A stretch of DNA of 63,518 nucleotides, filler included, from Octopus bimaculoides (taxonomy: Eukaryota): the NCBI RefSeq assembly GCF_001194135.2. It is 5 parts of 5 records of this genome, joined end to end, with 100 filler letters (N's around TTAATTAATTAA, not from the genome) between each part and the next. Parts side by side here need not be neighbours in the genome. Positions count along the whole stretch, not along the records: positions 24,547 to 41,504 come from NC_069003.1; 4 more parts are not named here. One strand, given 5' to 3'. Each line of letters begins with the position of its first letter. Within the stretch, counting starts at the first letter, position 1. The position numbers and the translations under genes are program-made. Shown here in pieces: positions 24,547-38,391 of the stretch. Under the pieces are notes generated by a model. That model saw only the letters and a list, made by a program, of their open reading frames with translations, was not told the origin of the DNA and did no database searches.

Positions 24547-25489
24547 ATATATATAGTGTTTCGTTAATTGTCATTAAGGTGTGTGGGGAAACAGTGTATT
24601 GTGTTGGTATCCAAAACAAATCGATTGAATTATATTGAAACCTTACGAAATGCAGCGAATCAATCGGTTCGATATGTGTCTTTTGTGGCTTCTAATATTG
24701 CTGTTGTCAAGTTGCTGGTGGTGGCAGTGATGATGATGATGATGATGATGATAATAATGATAATGATGATGATGATGATGATGATGATGTTGACGTTGAT
24801 GAGTGTCGTATTGGTGATGGTGGTGATGGTGGTGGTGATGATTATGTTGGTGACGACGCTTATGATAATGACGATTACGACGACGACGATAAATATGAAG
24901 ATTATGATGATGATGGTGATGATGCTGATGGTGCTAGTGGTGTTGACTGTGGTGGTGGTAGTGACAACGATGACGATAATGGTGGCCATGATAATTACAA
25001 CGATTAACTAGTTGTCTTGTAAGTTCAATTTACACAGCCTCTACAATCCAACAATGGCTCCAACCGATCAATATGTTTTGTTTGCGAATCCATTGGTGTC
25101 CTGTCCTGTAGCATTGACAGTTGTATGGAGACGCGGTGCAACGCGGCGCGACGTCTGTGCGAGACAGTGGAAGCAGAGCGATCATTAAAGTCAGTTTGAT
25201 TTGGCTAAAAACCTTTCCTTACTTCCACAGAGACAAACCATAAACACCGAAGAAACATTAAACTTTGATATTTGATCAGTATACGTGAGTGTATGTTTGG
25301 TAGCTGGACCAGATTTACAATTAAGGGTTTCTTTCAAGGGCTGCAGTTTTGGGACACATAATTCAACGAACAACTTTTCTCCCCAGGTACACATTAACCA
25401 CGACAAACAATTTCCCAACAAATTTCTTCGGACAATTTATAAAGCTATCATCACAACACTATATTAAGGAAAGAAAAATATTTTTAATA

Positions 25490-25890
25490 GGTGCAGACGT
25501 GACTGTGTGGTAAGAAACTTGCTTCCCGACCATGTGGTCTCATGTTCAGTCATACTGCGTGGTACTTTGGACAAGTATCTTCTGCTATAGCCCTGAGTCG
25601 ACCAAAACCTTTTAAGTGGATTTGGTAAACGAAACTGAGAAGCTCGTCGTATATATATATATGTTTTTTTTTTGTTTTTGTTCTTGTGTTTGTCCCACCA
25701 CTACCATTCTTTGATATTCGCTGTTGGTTTATTTACACCTTCATATTCTAGCGATTCGGTAATAGTAATCAATAGAACAAGAATCAGACTTTTAAAAAAA
25801 TATGAACTGGGGTAGATTTGTTCGACTAAACCCTTCAAGGCGGTGCTCCAGCATAGCCGCAGTCGAATGACTAACATAAGTAAAATCCAA
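25490..25890 (+). mobile_element. SINE family A
   Basis: Head, core and tail (ggcggtgctccagcatagccgcagtcgaatgact) are all present. Confidence 0.85.
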
Positions 25891-26284
25891 TGGATTATAA
25901 GCTTAAAAAATAGTTAAAAAAAAAACAAACTCAACCAAGGAACTGAATATAAACACTTTCAGATTCCAGCAACGCCATAATCCCCAACATAGTCACGGGA
26001 GGAAGTTTAGAGATTAAGAGAAAAAAAAAATATTAAACGTATTACAGGTGTATCTCACAGTATTTATGGTCCGAGGGCCTAGAAAAGCTTAATTTGGCTC
26101 TGAGTAGGAATTCTTCAATCCATTATGGCTTAGTGTATTGCCGTGATGGAGTCTGTTGGACTGTATCTTCTACTGAATAATATACTGCTGATTACCATTG
26201 GATACAATTATATTCCATTAAATCCAAGATTGCTCACTGATGGATAACCACCATTTATCCCCAAGCTATTGTCTCTTTGAGGTT

Positions 26285-26286
26285 AC

Positions 26287-26342
<56 letters not shown>

Positions 26343-26510
26343 CTATTTATCTCCCTATCTATCCCTCTATGTCTCTCTCTCTCTCTATCTCTATTTGTCT
26401 ATCTGTCCTGTCTGTCTATTTACATATCTGTTTATCTATCTATGCCTCTATCTCCCTATTTATCTTCCTATTGGTCTGCCTTTCTCTCTCTTTCTCACTT
26501 TCTCTTTCCT

Positions 26511-26543
<33 letters not shown>

Positions 26544-26544
26544 G

Positions 26545-26620
<76 letters not shown>

Positions 26621-26650
26621 CCTATCTATTTGTCTGTCTGTCTGTCTTTT
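26285..26650. repeat. (TATC)n/(TC)n/(TGTC)n compound microsatellite
   Basis: Direct reading of the sequence. Similar arrays lie at 8312-8415, 38330-38440, 56860-57360 and 58391-58460. Confidence 0.95.
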
Positions 26651-26817
26651 TTTCTCCATCTGTGTATCTATTTGTGTGTTTATGTGNNNNNNNNNNNNNN
26701 NNNNNNNNNNNNNNNNNNNNNNNNNNNNNNNNNNNNNNNNNNNNNNNNNNNNNNNNNNNNNNNNNNNNNNNNNNNNNNNNNNNNNNNNNNNNNNNNNNNN
26801 NNNNNNNNNNNNNNNNN

Positions 26818-26850
<33 letters not shown>

Positions 26851-27229
26851 TGTAAACAGAGAACAGATTTTTTTCAACACAGAGATATATCATATGTAAA
26901 ATAAATCATGATATCTGGAAACCTGCCAGGACTTAGCTCTTCATACTTATTACACCCTACCATAATGATTTTATCAGTTATAAAAGTATTCCTATGATAC
27001 CTTTCGACCTACTGCAATGTGCGTGCAAGCAACACAGCAATATTACCGTAATTTCATTCTGATAATAAGACAATGAAGATTTTGAAACCTAGATATACTA
27101 CTAAATTTAGGAACGCCATCGTTCCAAAGTAAGCATAAAAATACTATATGGGAATATGAAAATTATTTAAGAATATCAAACTAGAATATCAATTTGAAAT
27201 AGTGCCCCCACATACACACACATATATAT

Positions 27230-27600
27230 TGGTGACTTGTATTATGTGTATCTGTCCGCAGATTTTCGTTTCAGTTTGCCTTGCAATGCGTATCATCTCA
27301 GTAATATTTTCTATCACTAGTGCAAGCAGAAGAATAATCCCAAGATATAAAAATCTTTGAACTTTAAATGCATCGGAGCTAAGGTGATTCTTGTCTTCAT
27401 GGCTAACGTGGGTCATTCCATGTTTAATGTCCTGTTCCATTTTTGTGTTTCTCACTCTCAAGTTCATCTCACAGTTGCTGAGTGAAGCATCATCTGTGAT
27501 ATTTCTAGTGTCTTAGGGGTCTTCAACATCAGACCCACACGCCAGTTGTCATCGTTAGAGTTGATGAAGACCCAGTTTGCATCCCAGTAGCAGGAAGTCA
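27230..27600 (-). mobile_element. Decayed RTE-like RT fragment
   Basis: ...NLRVRNTKM...FKVQRFLYLGII... resembles RT domains 6-7 (KTK.M...V..F.YLGS.I). Confidence 0.45.
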
Positions 27601-28153
27601 CGTGTTTTCCTTCTTTATGAGCAGATCGGTGCCCATTTCATATATATATATATATATATATATAATTTGTTTCAGTCATAAGACGTCGGCCATTCTGGGG
27701 CACCTCCTNNNNNNNNNNNNNNNNNNNNNNNNNNNNNNNNNNNNNNNNNNNNNNNNNNNNNNNNNNNNNNNNNNNNNNNNNNNNNNNNNNNNNNNNNNNN
27801 NNNNNNNNNNNNNNNNNNNNNNNNNNNNNNNNNNNNNNNNNNNNNNNNNNNNNNNNNNNNNNNNNNNNNNNNNNNNNNNNNNNNNNNNNNNNNNNNNNNN
27901 NNNNNNNNNNNNNNNNNNNNNNNNNNNNNNNNNNNNNNNNNNNNNNNNNNNNNNNNNNNNNNNNNNNNNNNNNNNNNNNNNNNNNNNNNNNNNNNNNNNN
28001 NNNNNNNNNNNNNNNNNNNNNNNNNNNNNNNNNNNNNNNNNNNNNNNNNNNNNNNNNNNNNNNNNNNNNNNNNNNNNNNNNNNNNNNNNNNNNNNNNNNN
28101 NNNNNNNNNNNNNNNNNNNNNNNNNNNNNNNNNNNNNNNNNNNNNNNNNNNNN

Positions 28154-28192
<39 letters not shown>

Positions 28193-28482
28193 CGAACTTC
28201 TTTCAGTTTCCGTTTACCAAATCCACTCACAAGACTTTCGTTGGCCCGAGCCTATAGTAGAAAACACTTGCCCAAGGTGCTACGCAGTGAGACTGAACTC
28301 GGAAGCATGTGGTTGGGAAGCAAGCTTCTTACCATACAGCCACACCTGTATGTATGTATGTATGTATGTATGCATATGTATGTATGTATGTATGTATGTA
28401 TGCATGTATGTTAATGTTAGTTTTTAAGTTCAGTTCTAATAAAAACAATTTTACGTTAACCTGATTTTTGTAGAGTAAAAAT

Positions 28483-28625
28483 TTATTATTCTTAAACAAG
28501 AAAGTTTTTGAAAGTGACTTCGAAATTTCGGCCAGTTCAACCACGTCGGACTACATTGCGATGATGGCTGAGCAGGACGAAACTTCGAAGTCACTGTCAA
28601 CAATATTCTTGTATAAGAATAATAA
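28483..28625. repeat. Long hairpin (about 65-bp stem, 10-nt loop)
   Basis: ttattattcttaaacaagaa...agtgacttcgaaatttcg...cgtcg [gactacattg] cga...cgaaacttcgaagtcact...ttcttgtataagaataataa. Confidence 0.85.
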
Positions 28626-30099
28626 GTATGTGCGTGTGTGTGAGTGTGTATACGTGTGTGTATATGGGTATGTGCACATATATATATATATATATATATA
28701 TATANNNNNNNNNNNNNNNNNNNNNNNNNNNNNNNNNNNNNNNNNNNNNNNNNNNNNNNNNNNNNNNNNNNNNNNNNNNNNNNNNNNNNNNNNNNNNNNN
28801 NNNNNNNNNNNNNNNNNNNNNNNNNNNNNNNNNNNNNNNNNNNNNNNNNNNNNNNNNNNNNNNNNNNNNNNNNNNNNNNNNNNNNNNNNNNNNNNNNNNN
28901 NNNNNNNNNNNNNNNNNNNNNNNNNNNNNNNNNNNNNNNNNNNNNNNNNNNNNNNNNNNNNNNNNNNNNNNNNNNNNNNNNNNNNNNNNNNNNNNNNNNN
29001 NNNNNNNNNNNNNNNNNNNNNNNNNNNNNNNNNNNNNNNNNNNNNNNNNNNNNNNNNNNNNNNNNNNNNNNNNNNNNNNNNNNNNNNNNNNNNNNNNNNN
29101 NNNNNNNNNNNNNNNNNNNNNNNNNNNNNNNNNNNNNNNNNNNNNNNNNNNNNNNNNNNNNNNNNNNNNNNNNNNNNNNNNNNNNNNNNNNNNNNNNNNN
29201 NNNNNNNNNNNNNNNNNNNNNNNNNNNNNNNNNNNNNNNNNNNNNNNNNNNNNNNNNNNNNNNNNNNNNNNNNNNNNNNNNNNNNNNNNNNNNNNNNNNN
29301 NNNNNNNNNNNNNNNNNNNNNNNNNNNNNNNNNNNNNNNNNNNNNNNNNNNNNNNNNNNNNNNNNNNNNNNNNNNNNNNNNNNNNNNNNNNNNNNNNNNN
29401 NNNNNNNNNNNNNNNNNNNNNNNNNNNNNNNNNNNNNNNNNNNNNNNNNNNNNNNNNNNNNNNNNNNNNNNNNNNNNNNNNNNNNNNNNNNNNNNNNNNN
29501 NNNNNNNNNNNNNNNNNNNNNNNNNNNNNNNNNNNNNNNNNNNNNNNNNNNNNNNNNNNNNNNNNNNNNNNNNNNNNNNNNNNNNNNNNNNNNNNNNNNN
29601 NNNNNNNNNNNNNNNNNNNNNNNNNNNNNNNNNNNNNNNNNNNNNNNNNNNNNNNNNNNNNNNNNNNNNNNNNNNNNNNNNNNNNNNTGCCTAGCCTGTG
29701 GGGTGGCGTCGTTCGAAGGCTAAAATGATGCAAAGCGCATTGTGACCAGTGATATGTAACTACATTTGATAGTCTTATCGTCCACGTGATCGCGTGATAT
29801 ACTGTTCCATTATAGGTAGGATCAACAAAAAAGTACTCTATCCATCTGCATCAAACTTCTCCGCATTTTCTTACCGTTTTTTCTCATGTTTTTGTTTTTC
29901 ATAGAATAGAGCCCTGTCTTTCAAATAGGTTTGTCGGTATGCAATGTGCCCGAAAGATCGCTTGGAGACATGTGGCAAGTTATATATATCCGCCAAATTA
30001 TTGTACTCCTACAACATGAAACTATTTGTAGTCTAGGCACCCTTAGTTGCATTTAGAGATGATTTAATTTTCCTGTATGGTATTACATTGCACCCAGCT

Positions 30100-30137
<38 letters not shown>

Positions 30138-30194
30138 NNNNNNNNNNATATGTATGTATATATACCACACACGCATACACACACGCACACGCAC

Positions 30195-30236
<42 letters not shown>

Positions 30237-31173
30237 GCATACAAAAACACACACGCTCACATAAATAAATCATTTTTATATACGATATACGAATACGTAT
30301 TGGCAAAGGAAACAAGTATACTACAATCAAAATTGTTGCCACCACCAGCATCACCACTGCTATCAAAGATTCCATCTGAGACCCGATATGAGAACCTCCA
30401 TGTGGCCCACTCACTCACCCTGCTAAAAATAGCAGTCAAATTTTCAATCAAAGCACCCCTGACAAACCTTGTGGTTTAACAAAATAAAAATGCAAATGAA
30501 AGAACTCATTGGATAATGTATTCCTAGATTGACTGTATCGTCACGGTTGAGATGTTTTTTTTTAAGGATGACCTGTGAGGCTAAACAAGAACAACAACAA
30601 AACAAAACAAAAAGAAACGAAAGAAAAAACACAAAAACAACAAGAGCGATAGCAATGGCCTTCCTTACTGTTAATATGCAAACGCCATAACATTACCGCC
30701 ATCTTAGCACCCCAATTACCGCTACTACAGTCTCATACTCGCTAGGACACCCACGAAGGTGGCTCCCTACCCCTAGCTCACCCCACCTCGCCAAGCACTT
30801 CCACTCGTGCTATCATTCACTACACGCTTCCAGTGTTTTGTTTTATTGTTTTCTTGGCTAAGTGCCTTCACGATACGGAGTTTAATGCATACTTAACATT
30901 ATCAGCGCATCCCTTCNNNNNNNNNNATACTAATACATCCTTTTGTTATTTACACCACCTGTCCTCGTCTGTTGTTGTTTTTTCGTATATTCTCCCATAT
31001 ATATATATATATATACATATATACACTCACACACATGAGTAAACATCTTTCATTACTATCCACCCTTGTTTCTTTCACCTTCCTCTGTTTCTATATACAC
31101 CCACACATATGTCTATGTGCACACACACACACATACACACACACACACACACAAACACACACGCACACACATA

Positions 31174-32529
31174 CTCCCAGAAGCACGCTTATGAGTGAAA
31201 TTTAGGATTTCTCGGTTTTCTGTGAATCTATTTTGATAAAACTTTTCCCAGTTGGTTTGCACACTATGGCAACACTGTTGTTATGTTTTCATTATTCTGT
31301 GTAACGTCCTTTCTTTTTTATGTCAGATTCTTCAGGTTTTGAGTGAACCACGCTAATAGCTTTTGAATGAAAACAGCTCAGCTAGACATTTTATTTGCAG
31401 AAAATGAAGGGTAACGATACATATTAAGCATATATTGAATATATATTTAACAGCAAATCATAAAATTATAAAATTTATTGACATAAGGAATTTCGATGGA
31501 TAACTTCAAAAACCCTATTAGTCATGGAATTTGTCAATTTCTTAATAGTAGCAGGTTGAATTTCCTCTGCTGCAGCTTTGATGGTCGCCCATAAGACATC
31601 TTTCGGCGTAAATTAGCGTCCATCGGTATAAACATCTTGTTTATTGATGGACCAAAGAATTTCAATACGGTTGAGATCCGGAGATGCTGGTGGCCACACC
31701 ATCAACCTTTCACCTTGTATGCCGTAAGACCCTAATAATGTTATCGGTGGTCCTAGCAGAGTGAGAGAGGGCATTGTCATGCATCAATACGAGATTCCTT
31801 CGAAGTGAGAGCAGCATGTCATCTAGCCAGGGATCCAAGAACTCCTTCACTTCAGGAGATTGCAATAGGCCCCTGCGGTCACTTTAACACAACATGACTC
31901 TTTCATCCTGCTGTTGACGTCGTAAACGTTGGTGACGCTCATCTACAAAATAGAGCCGACAATTTGCCCAACTGTCAGGTACAACAAGGATCGCCATGGT
32001 TTCATCAATGAACAAAATACAACTCATGTCTAACGTCATGTACTTTTGGGCCCATTGAAGCTTCAAACTCCCGTGACGGGGCGTTAAAGGTGGCAGTTTC
32101 GGGTTTTTCGCACGAAAGCCATGGTCCCGACGATGCGATTTATGGTGGTTTTCGGTACATAAGGAAATCCGGAGGCGGTAAATATGGCTTTGCTTGTTTG
32201 TCCAGATTTCCCACGTGACTTGCGGCCAATACTCCTTAAATCCTTAGCTGTCACTGTCTTGGAGGTCCCACAATCGGATCGTTTCTTCATCGTTAAGGCC
32301 TTCTCCACGTCCCAGTGTCGTTAGAGAGGAGGGACGCTATTAGCGTGAGTCACCCAAAAACCGAACAATCTGAAATAAAGAAGAAAGGACGTTACACAAA
32401 ATAATGAAAACACAACAATGAAGTTGCCATAGTGTGCAAACCAGCTGGGAAAAGTTTTATCAAAATCGAATCACAGAAAACCGAGAAATCCTAAATTTCA
32501 CTCCTAAGCTATTAGCGTGGTTCTGGGTG
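31174..32529 (-). mobile_element. Complete Tc1-like DNA transposon, DD37E (TRT-like), inactive
   Basis: TA at both ends (31172-73 and 32530-31). TIRs of about 190 bp (31174-31360 and 32337-32529) carry an internal repeat gctattagcgtg. Transposase remnants: LFIDET...PDSW, RRQQ, MHDNA...MVWPPASPDLNRIE, with 112 nt between the D and E codons (37 codons plus 1 nt). Confidence 0.9.
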
Positions 32530-33204
32530 TATATATAATTTCTGATGTTTCGCCGGAAAGTGATAAATGTCAGAATTCAGTTTATAAATGTAGAGTATTT
32601 TTAATATTATATAACTGAAAGGTTCAAAATTTCCTGTACTCCGAATTTAGCTTTTTCAGTCTTTCAACAGGAAAATCTGAGCCTATTTTCTTTTTATTAG
32701 AATTATAAAGACGAATACGCACATACTAAATAACATACAACGTAAATTCGTGATTTAATTAAATTATCTTCATTTCCCCAGAACGTATAGCAATTACTTG
32801 GTAGCAATTTGTACTAACTTCAAATGAGAAGAATCAAGAATTATCCATAATTGACATGCCATTCATATAAATACAATGCAATTGTCTCGTGTCAAGAGGA
32901 GAGCTAAACTCATGTTTCTTCCTCTTTAAGAGTCATTAGCACAGCAATTCTCATACCTTATATCCAATGATAGGAAATTAGACAAAAAATTGTGAAGAGT
33001 GACGTTGTTGATATTGGTGGTGATGATTTTGATGTTATTTGGTTCAAGATGATCATGGCAGCGGTGATGGTGGTATTGGTGGTGAAGCTGATATTTCATC
33101 GACTCTGAAAAGATGAAAGGCAGAGTTGACCTCGGCGGAATTTGAACTCAGAACGGGCGAAATACCGTTAAACCCGGCGTTCTAACGATTCTGCCAGCTT
33201 TCCG

Positions 33205-33223
33205 ATGATGATGAAGATGATGA

Positions 33224-33254
<31 letters not shown>

Positions 33255-33477
33255 TATGATGATGATGATGATTATGATGATAGTAATAATATTGAAATGT
33301 AATTTTATAAGCACAACCATCGGAATTTTCCTGCTTGCTTTTAGTAATTATTTATTTTTTCTTCATGGGAGTATATTTTACTCGACTCTGTAATTTTCTG
33401 ACAGAGTATCGTTGGCCTTTTTGCTCCCTAATTATGTGCTCTGCTTCACTATTTATAGCTTTCTTCCCAGGAATTTC

Positions 33478-33525
<48 letters not shown>

Positions 33526-33683
33526 GTTATTATTGTTTTTGTTGTTGTTGTTGTTGTTGTTGTTGTAGTTGCTGCTGTTATTTTGCATGCAACATTCTGA
33601 ATATGTCAAGGAATTACTAGTTTATTTTTCGCAATGTTTTCTCAAAAAAATCCAATGCCAAGATCAGTTCCAGCCATACTATG

Positions 33684-33714
<31 letters not shown>

Positions 33715-34919
33715 CTTCTTCTTCTTCTTCTTCTTCTTCTCCTCCTATCCCTTCTCCTCTTCCTCCCCTTCTCCATAATCCCTTCCACTTTCCGTCGTAA
33801 TCCTCCTCTTCCTCCTCTTCCTCCTCTTCCTCCTCTTCCTCCTCTTCCTCCTATCCCTTCTCCTCTTCCTCCTCCTATCCCTTCTCCTCTTCCTCCTCCT
33901 CTTCCTCCTCCNNNNNNNNNNNNNNNNNNNNNNNNNNNNNNNNNNNNNNNNNNNNNNNNNNNNNNNNNNNNNNNNNNNNNNNNNNNNNNNNNNNNNNNNN
34001 NNNNNNNNNNNNNNNNNNNNNNNNNNNNNNNNNNNNNNNNNNNNNNNNNNNNNNNNNNNNNNNNNNNNNNNNNNNNNNNNNNNNNNNNNNNNNNNNNNNN
34101 NNNNNNNNNNNNNNNNNNNNNNNNNNNNNNNNNNNNNNNNNNNNNNNNNNNNNNNNNNNNNNNNNNNNNNNNNNNNNNNNNNNNNNNNNNNNNNNNNNNN
34201 NNNNNNNNNNNNNNNNNNNNNNNNNNNNNNNNNNNNNNNNNNNNNNNNNNNNNNNNNNNNNNNNNNNNNNNNNNNNNNNNNNNNNNNNNNNNNNNNNNNN
34301 NNNNNNNNNNNNNNNNNNNNNNNNNNNNNNNNNNNNNNNNNNNNNNNNNNNNNNNNNNNNNNNNNNNNNNNNNNNNNNNNNNNNNNNNNNNNNNNNNNNN
34401 NNNNNNNNNNNNNNNNNNNNNNNNNNNNNNNNNNNNNNNNNNNNNNNNNNNNNNNNNNNNNNNNNNNNNNNNNNNNNNNNNNNNNNNNNNNNNNNNNNNN
34501 NNNNNNNNNNNNNNNNNNNNNNNNNNNNNNNNNNNNNNNNNNNNNNNNNNNNNNNNNNNNNNNNNNNNNNNNNNNNNNNNNNNNNNNNNNNNNNNNNNNN
34601 NNNNNNNNNNNNNNNNNNNNNNNNNNNNNNNNNNNNNNNNNNNNNNNNNNNNNNNNNNNNNNNNNNNNNNNNNNNNNNNNNNNNNNNNNNNNNNNNNNNN
34701 NNNNNNNNNNNNNNNNNNNNNNNNNNNNNNNNNNNNNNNNNNNNNNNNNNNNNNNNNNNNNNNNNNNNNNNNNNNNNNNNNNNNNNNNNNNNNNNNNNNN
34801 NNNNNNNNNNNNNNNNNNNNNNNNNNNNNNNNNNNNNNNNNNNNNNNNNNNNNNNNNNNNNNNNNNNNNNNNNNNNNNNNNNNNNNNNNNNNNNNNNNNN
34901 NACGACGACGACGACGACG

Positions 34920-34951
<32 letters not shown>

Positions 34952-35108
34952 CAACAACAACAACGACGGCGACTACTACTACTACTACTACTACTACTAC
35001 CACTACTTCCGATATAACTAACACCTCCATTGCTAGCATCATTCTACTTACATCAATACTATCTCCAGCACCGCCAACACCAATACCACTTTCACTACAA
35101 CTGCCACG

Positions 35109-35152
<44 letters not shown>

Positions 35153-35155
35153 AAT
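33205..35155. repeat. Trinucleotide microsatellite field (GAT, ATT, GTT, CTT, CCT, ACG, AAC, ACT) spanning a 990-nt gap
   Basis: Direct reading of the sequence. Similar fields lie at 688-776, 24720-25005, 36630-37110, 41245-41405 and 48250-48440. Confidence 0.95.
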
Positions 35156-35333
35156 AACAGGTTTGTGTGTTCTGCCAGCAGTTTCGATTAGTGTTTAAGT
35201 CTTGGGCTTGAGATGAACAATTTAGAGATTGGACAAGCAAATAGTATCATTAATTCTTTCTAATGATATATATAGCAGGTAAGTTAGAATACATACATAC
35301 AGGCACACGCCCACTCTCTCTCTCTCTCTCTCT

Positions 35334-35393
<60 letters not shown>

Positions 35394-35599
35394 NNNNNNN
35401 NNNAATGTTTCCGTACAGAAAAAAGTGTTCGTATAAAAAGAACTTTTACTGAATAAATTCTAGTGTATGTTGTAGCCAAAAGAGATTTTGCAGAAGTAAA
35501 ATTACATTCGTGTATATACTGTAGACATACATACATACATACATACATACATACATACATACACAGATACATACATACATATATAAAAGTAAATATATC

Positions 35600-35853
35600 T
35601 TTTACTTTTATTTGTTTCATTCATTAGACTGCGGTCATGCTGAAGCACCACCTTGAAGAATTTTAGTCGAACTTATTGTCAGTATTTACTATTTGTTGCA
35701 AAGTCTAGTACTTATTCCATCGTCCTCCTTTGCTGAACTGCTAAGTTGCGAGAACGTAAACACACCACCATCAGTTATCAAGAGGTGATGGGGTCAAACA
35801 CAGACGCAAAGACTCAGACACAGACACAGACACAGACACACACACTCATACAT

Positions 35854-35886
<33 letters not shown>

Positions 35887-36040
35887 CGACGGGCTTCTTT
35901 CAGTTTCCGTCAACCAAATCCACTCACAAGGCTTTGGTCGGTCCGAGTAATAGCAGAAGACACTTTCCCCAAAGTGCCATGTAGCAGGACTGAACTCGGG
36001 ACCATTTGGTTGGAAAGTAAGCTTCTTACCACACAGCTGG
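35600..36040 (-). mobile_element. SINE family A
   Basis: Reverse-complement match to the family consensus over its full length. Confidence 0.85.
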
Positions 36041-36656
36041 GATTTCACACACTTTCTGTCTTACATTATTAATCAACTGGAAGCTTTAGTAAGAAAATAT
36101 TTGCCTCAAGTGCCATGTNNNNNNNNNNNNNNNNNNNNNNNNNNNNNNNNNNNNNNNNNNNNNNNNNNNNNNNNNNNNNNNNNNNNNNNNNNNNNNNNNN
36201 NNNNNNNNNNNNNNNNNNNNNNNNNNNNNNNNNNNNNNNNNNNNNNNNNNNNNNNNNNNNNNNNNNNNNNNNNNNNNNNNNNNNNNNNNNNNNNNNNNNN
36301 NNNNNNNNNNNNNNNNNNNNNNNNNNNNNNNNNNNNNNNNNNNNNNNNNNNNNNNNNNNNNNNNNNNNNNNNNNNNNNNNNNNNNNNNNNNNNNNNNNNN
36401 NNNNNNNNNNNNNNNNNNNNNNNNNNNNNNNNNNNNNNNNNNNNNNNNNNNNNNNNNNNNNNNNNNNNNNNNNNNNNNNNNNNNNNNNNNNNNNNNNNNN
36501 NNNNNNNNNNNNNNNNNNNNNNNNNNNNNNNNNNNNNNNNNNNNNNNNNNNNNNNNNNNNNNNNNNNNNNNNNNNNNNNNNNNNNNNNNNNNNNNNNNNN
36601 NNNNNNNNNNNNNNNNNNNNNNNNNNNNNACCACCACCACCACCACCACCACCACC

Positions 36657-36696
<40 letters not shown>

Positions 36697-37881
36697 GTAC
36701 TGCTGTTGCTGCTGCTGCTGCTGCTGCTTATGCTGCTGCTACGATGACTGCAACGACCGCCATCTTTCTTTTAAGCACCCCCTATCAAGCACCATTGTCG
36801 TCATCGTCGTCACCACGATTAACACGTCCCAGCACCGTCACCACTATTTCGCGCACCACTCTCCTCTTCGTCATCATCACTACTCACCCCAACCCACCGC
36901 CATCACTACCACCGCTACCACTGCCACCACTGCCACAACTACCCAATGTCACTCACCACCACCATCCCTTCCACCACGTTCCTTCTCATTAACATCAACT
37001 TGATGACGTCATCTGCATGATGATGAGGACGAAGAGCAGGAGGAGGAAGATGGTGGCTGATAATGATGATAGAGGTAGTGATGATGGTGATGATGATGAT
37101 GATGATATTACTTCCGTTGCCACTCCTACTGCTCCTGATTTCTAACATTGGAACAAGAATACACACACACGCACACACAAAGGCAAACAAACGCACACAA
37201 ACACACATACACATAAGTACAAACACACGTACACAAACACAAACGCACGCACACAAACACCTAGACAAACATACACATACACCACGTATATACACGTACT
37301 CACATCTACTTTTATCCCTTCGCTAATAATCAAAACACTAAAGCTAAAAAGGCAGGAGATGACACATTCATTGGTCAATAAAATAAACATCGGGACAGAA
37401 ATCGAAAGGTTCTGGCATTTGAAACAGAAATATATCAAAATGTAAAAAAGAAAATAATAATAATTATTATTATTATTATCATTAGTATGTTCTCCGTCAC
37501 TTTCGAGTGAAAAAAAAAATTACTTATGAAATTAAGTTGAGTATTATTGAAATGTTTTGGTATGACTATAATACTCAGATTTTTTATCTAATTTCTGTTT
37601 GGGTATTTCTCGAGGAACTTAGGATCATTCAAATTCTGTTGAAATCAGTTACCTCTTCTCTCAAACTCCAGATATACTTGGAGAGAGATGTTGAATATAA
37701 CAAATCGTTTTTTTTTTTAGTTTTGATATTTTCAAGTCTTTGNNNNNNNNNNNNNNNNNNNNNNNNNNNNNNNNNNNNNNNNNNNNNNNNNNNNNNNNNN
37801 NNNNNNNNNNNNNNNNNNNNNNNNNNNNNNNNNNNNNNNNNNNNNNNNNNNNNNNNNNNNNNNNNNNNNNNNNNNNNNNNN

Positions 37882-37937
<56 letters not shown>

Positions 37938-38332
37938 ACGCGTGCGTCCATATTTATATAAAGCTAGTGATTTACTGCGTCGTTGTTAAATAAACTTGTT
38001 TCCGGTGGAGTGTTTCCTGCAGATATTTGTACTCTTTAAATTTAATTCTCAGTTTCATTCACGATAAAACTAGGTGTTCGTTGGAATTGCATACACATAC
38101 ACAACAGAACTAGCGTACTGGTACGTTATGCATAAACACGGGAAGAATAGAAGACAAATTTGATTAAATCTGGATTCAAACTCTGGGCGCACCGAGTCGG
38201 AACATACACCATGAGGTACTCTTAATTCAGCTGTATACCAACATAAATAGCTCAAAGGCCGAGAGTTTCATGCATTGCACTTTAATGAGTCCAATGCATG
38301 AAAAAGCTGTCAACTCTTAAATACCCAAATAA

Positions 38333-38391
<59 letters not shown>

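Noticed and set aside
28570-28592. GGACGAAAC...GTC resembling a hammerhead half
   Set aside because: There is no CUGANGA upstream at the right spacing, and the motif is explained as one arm of the 28483-28625 hairpin.
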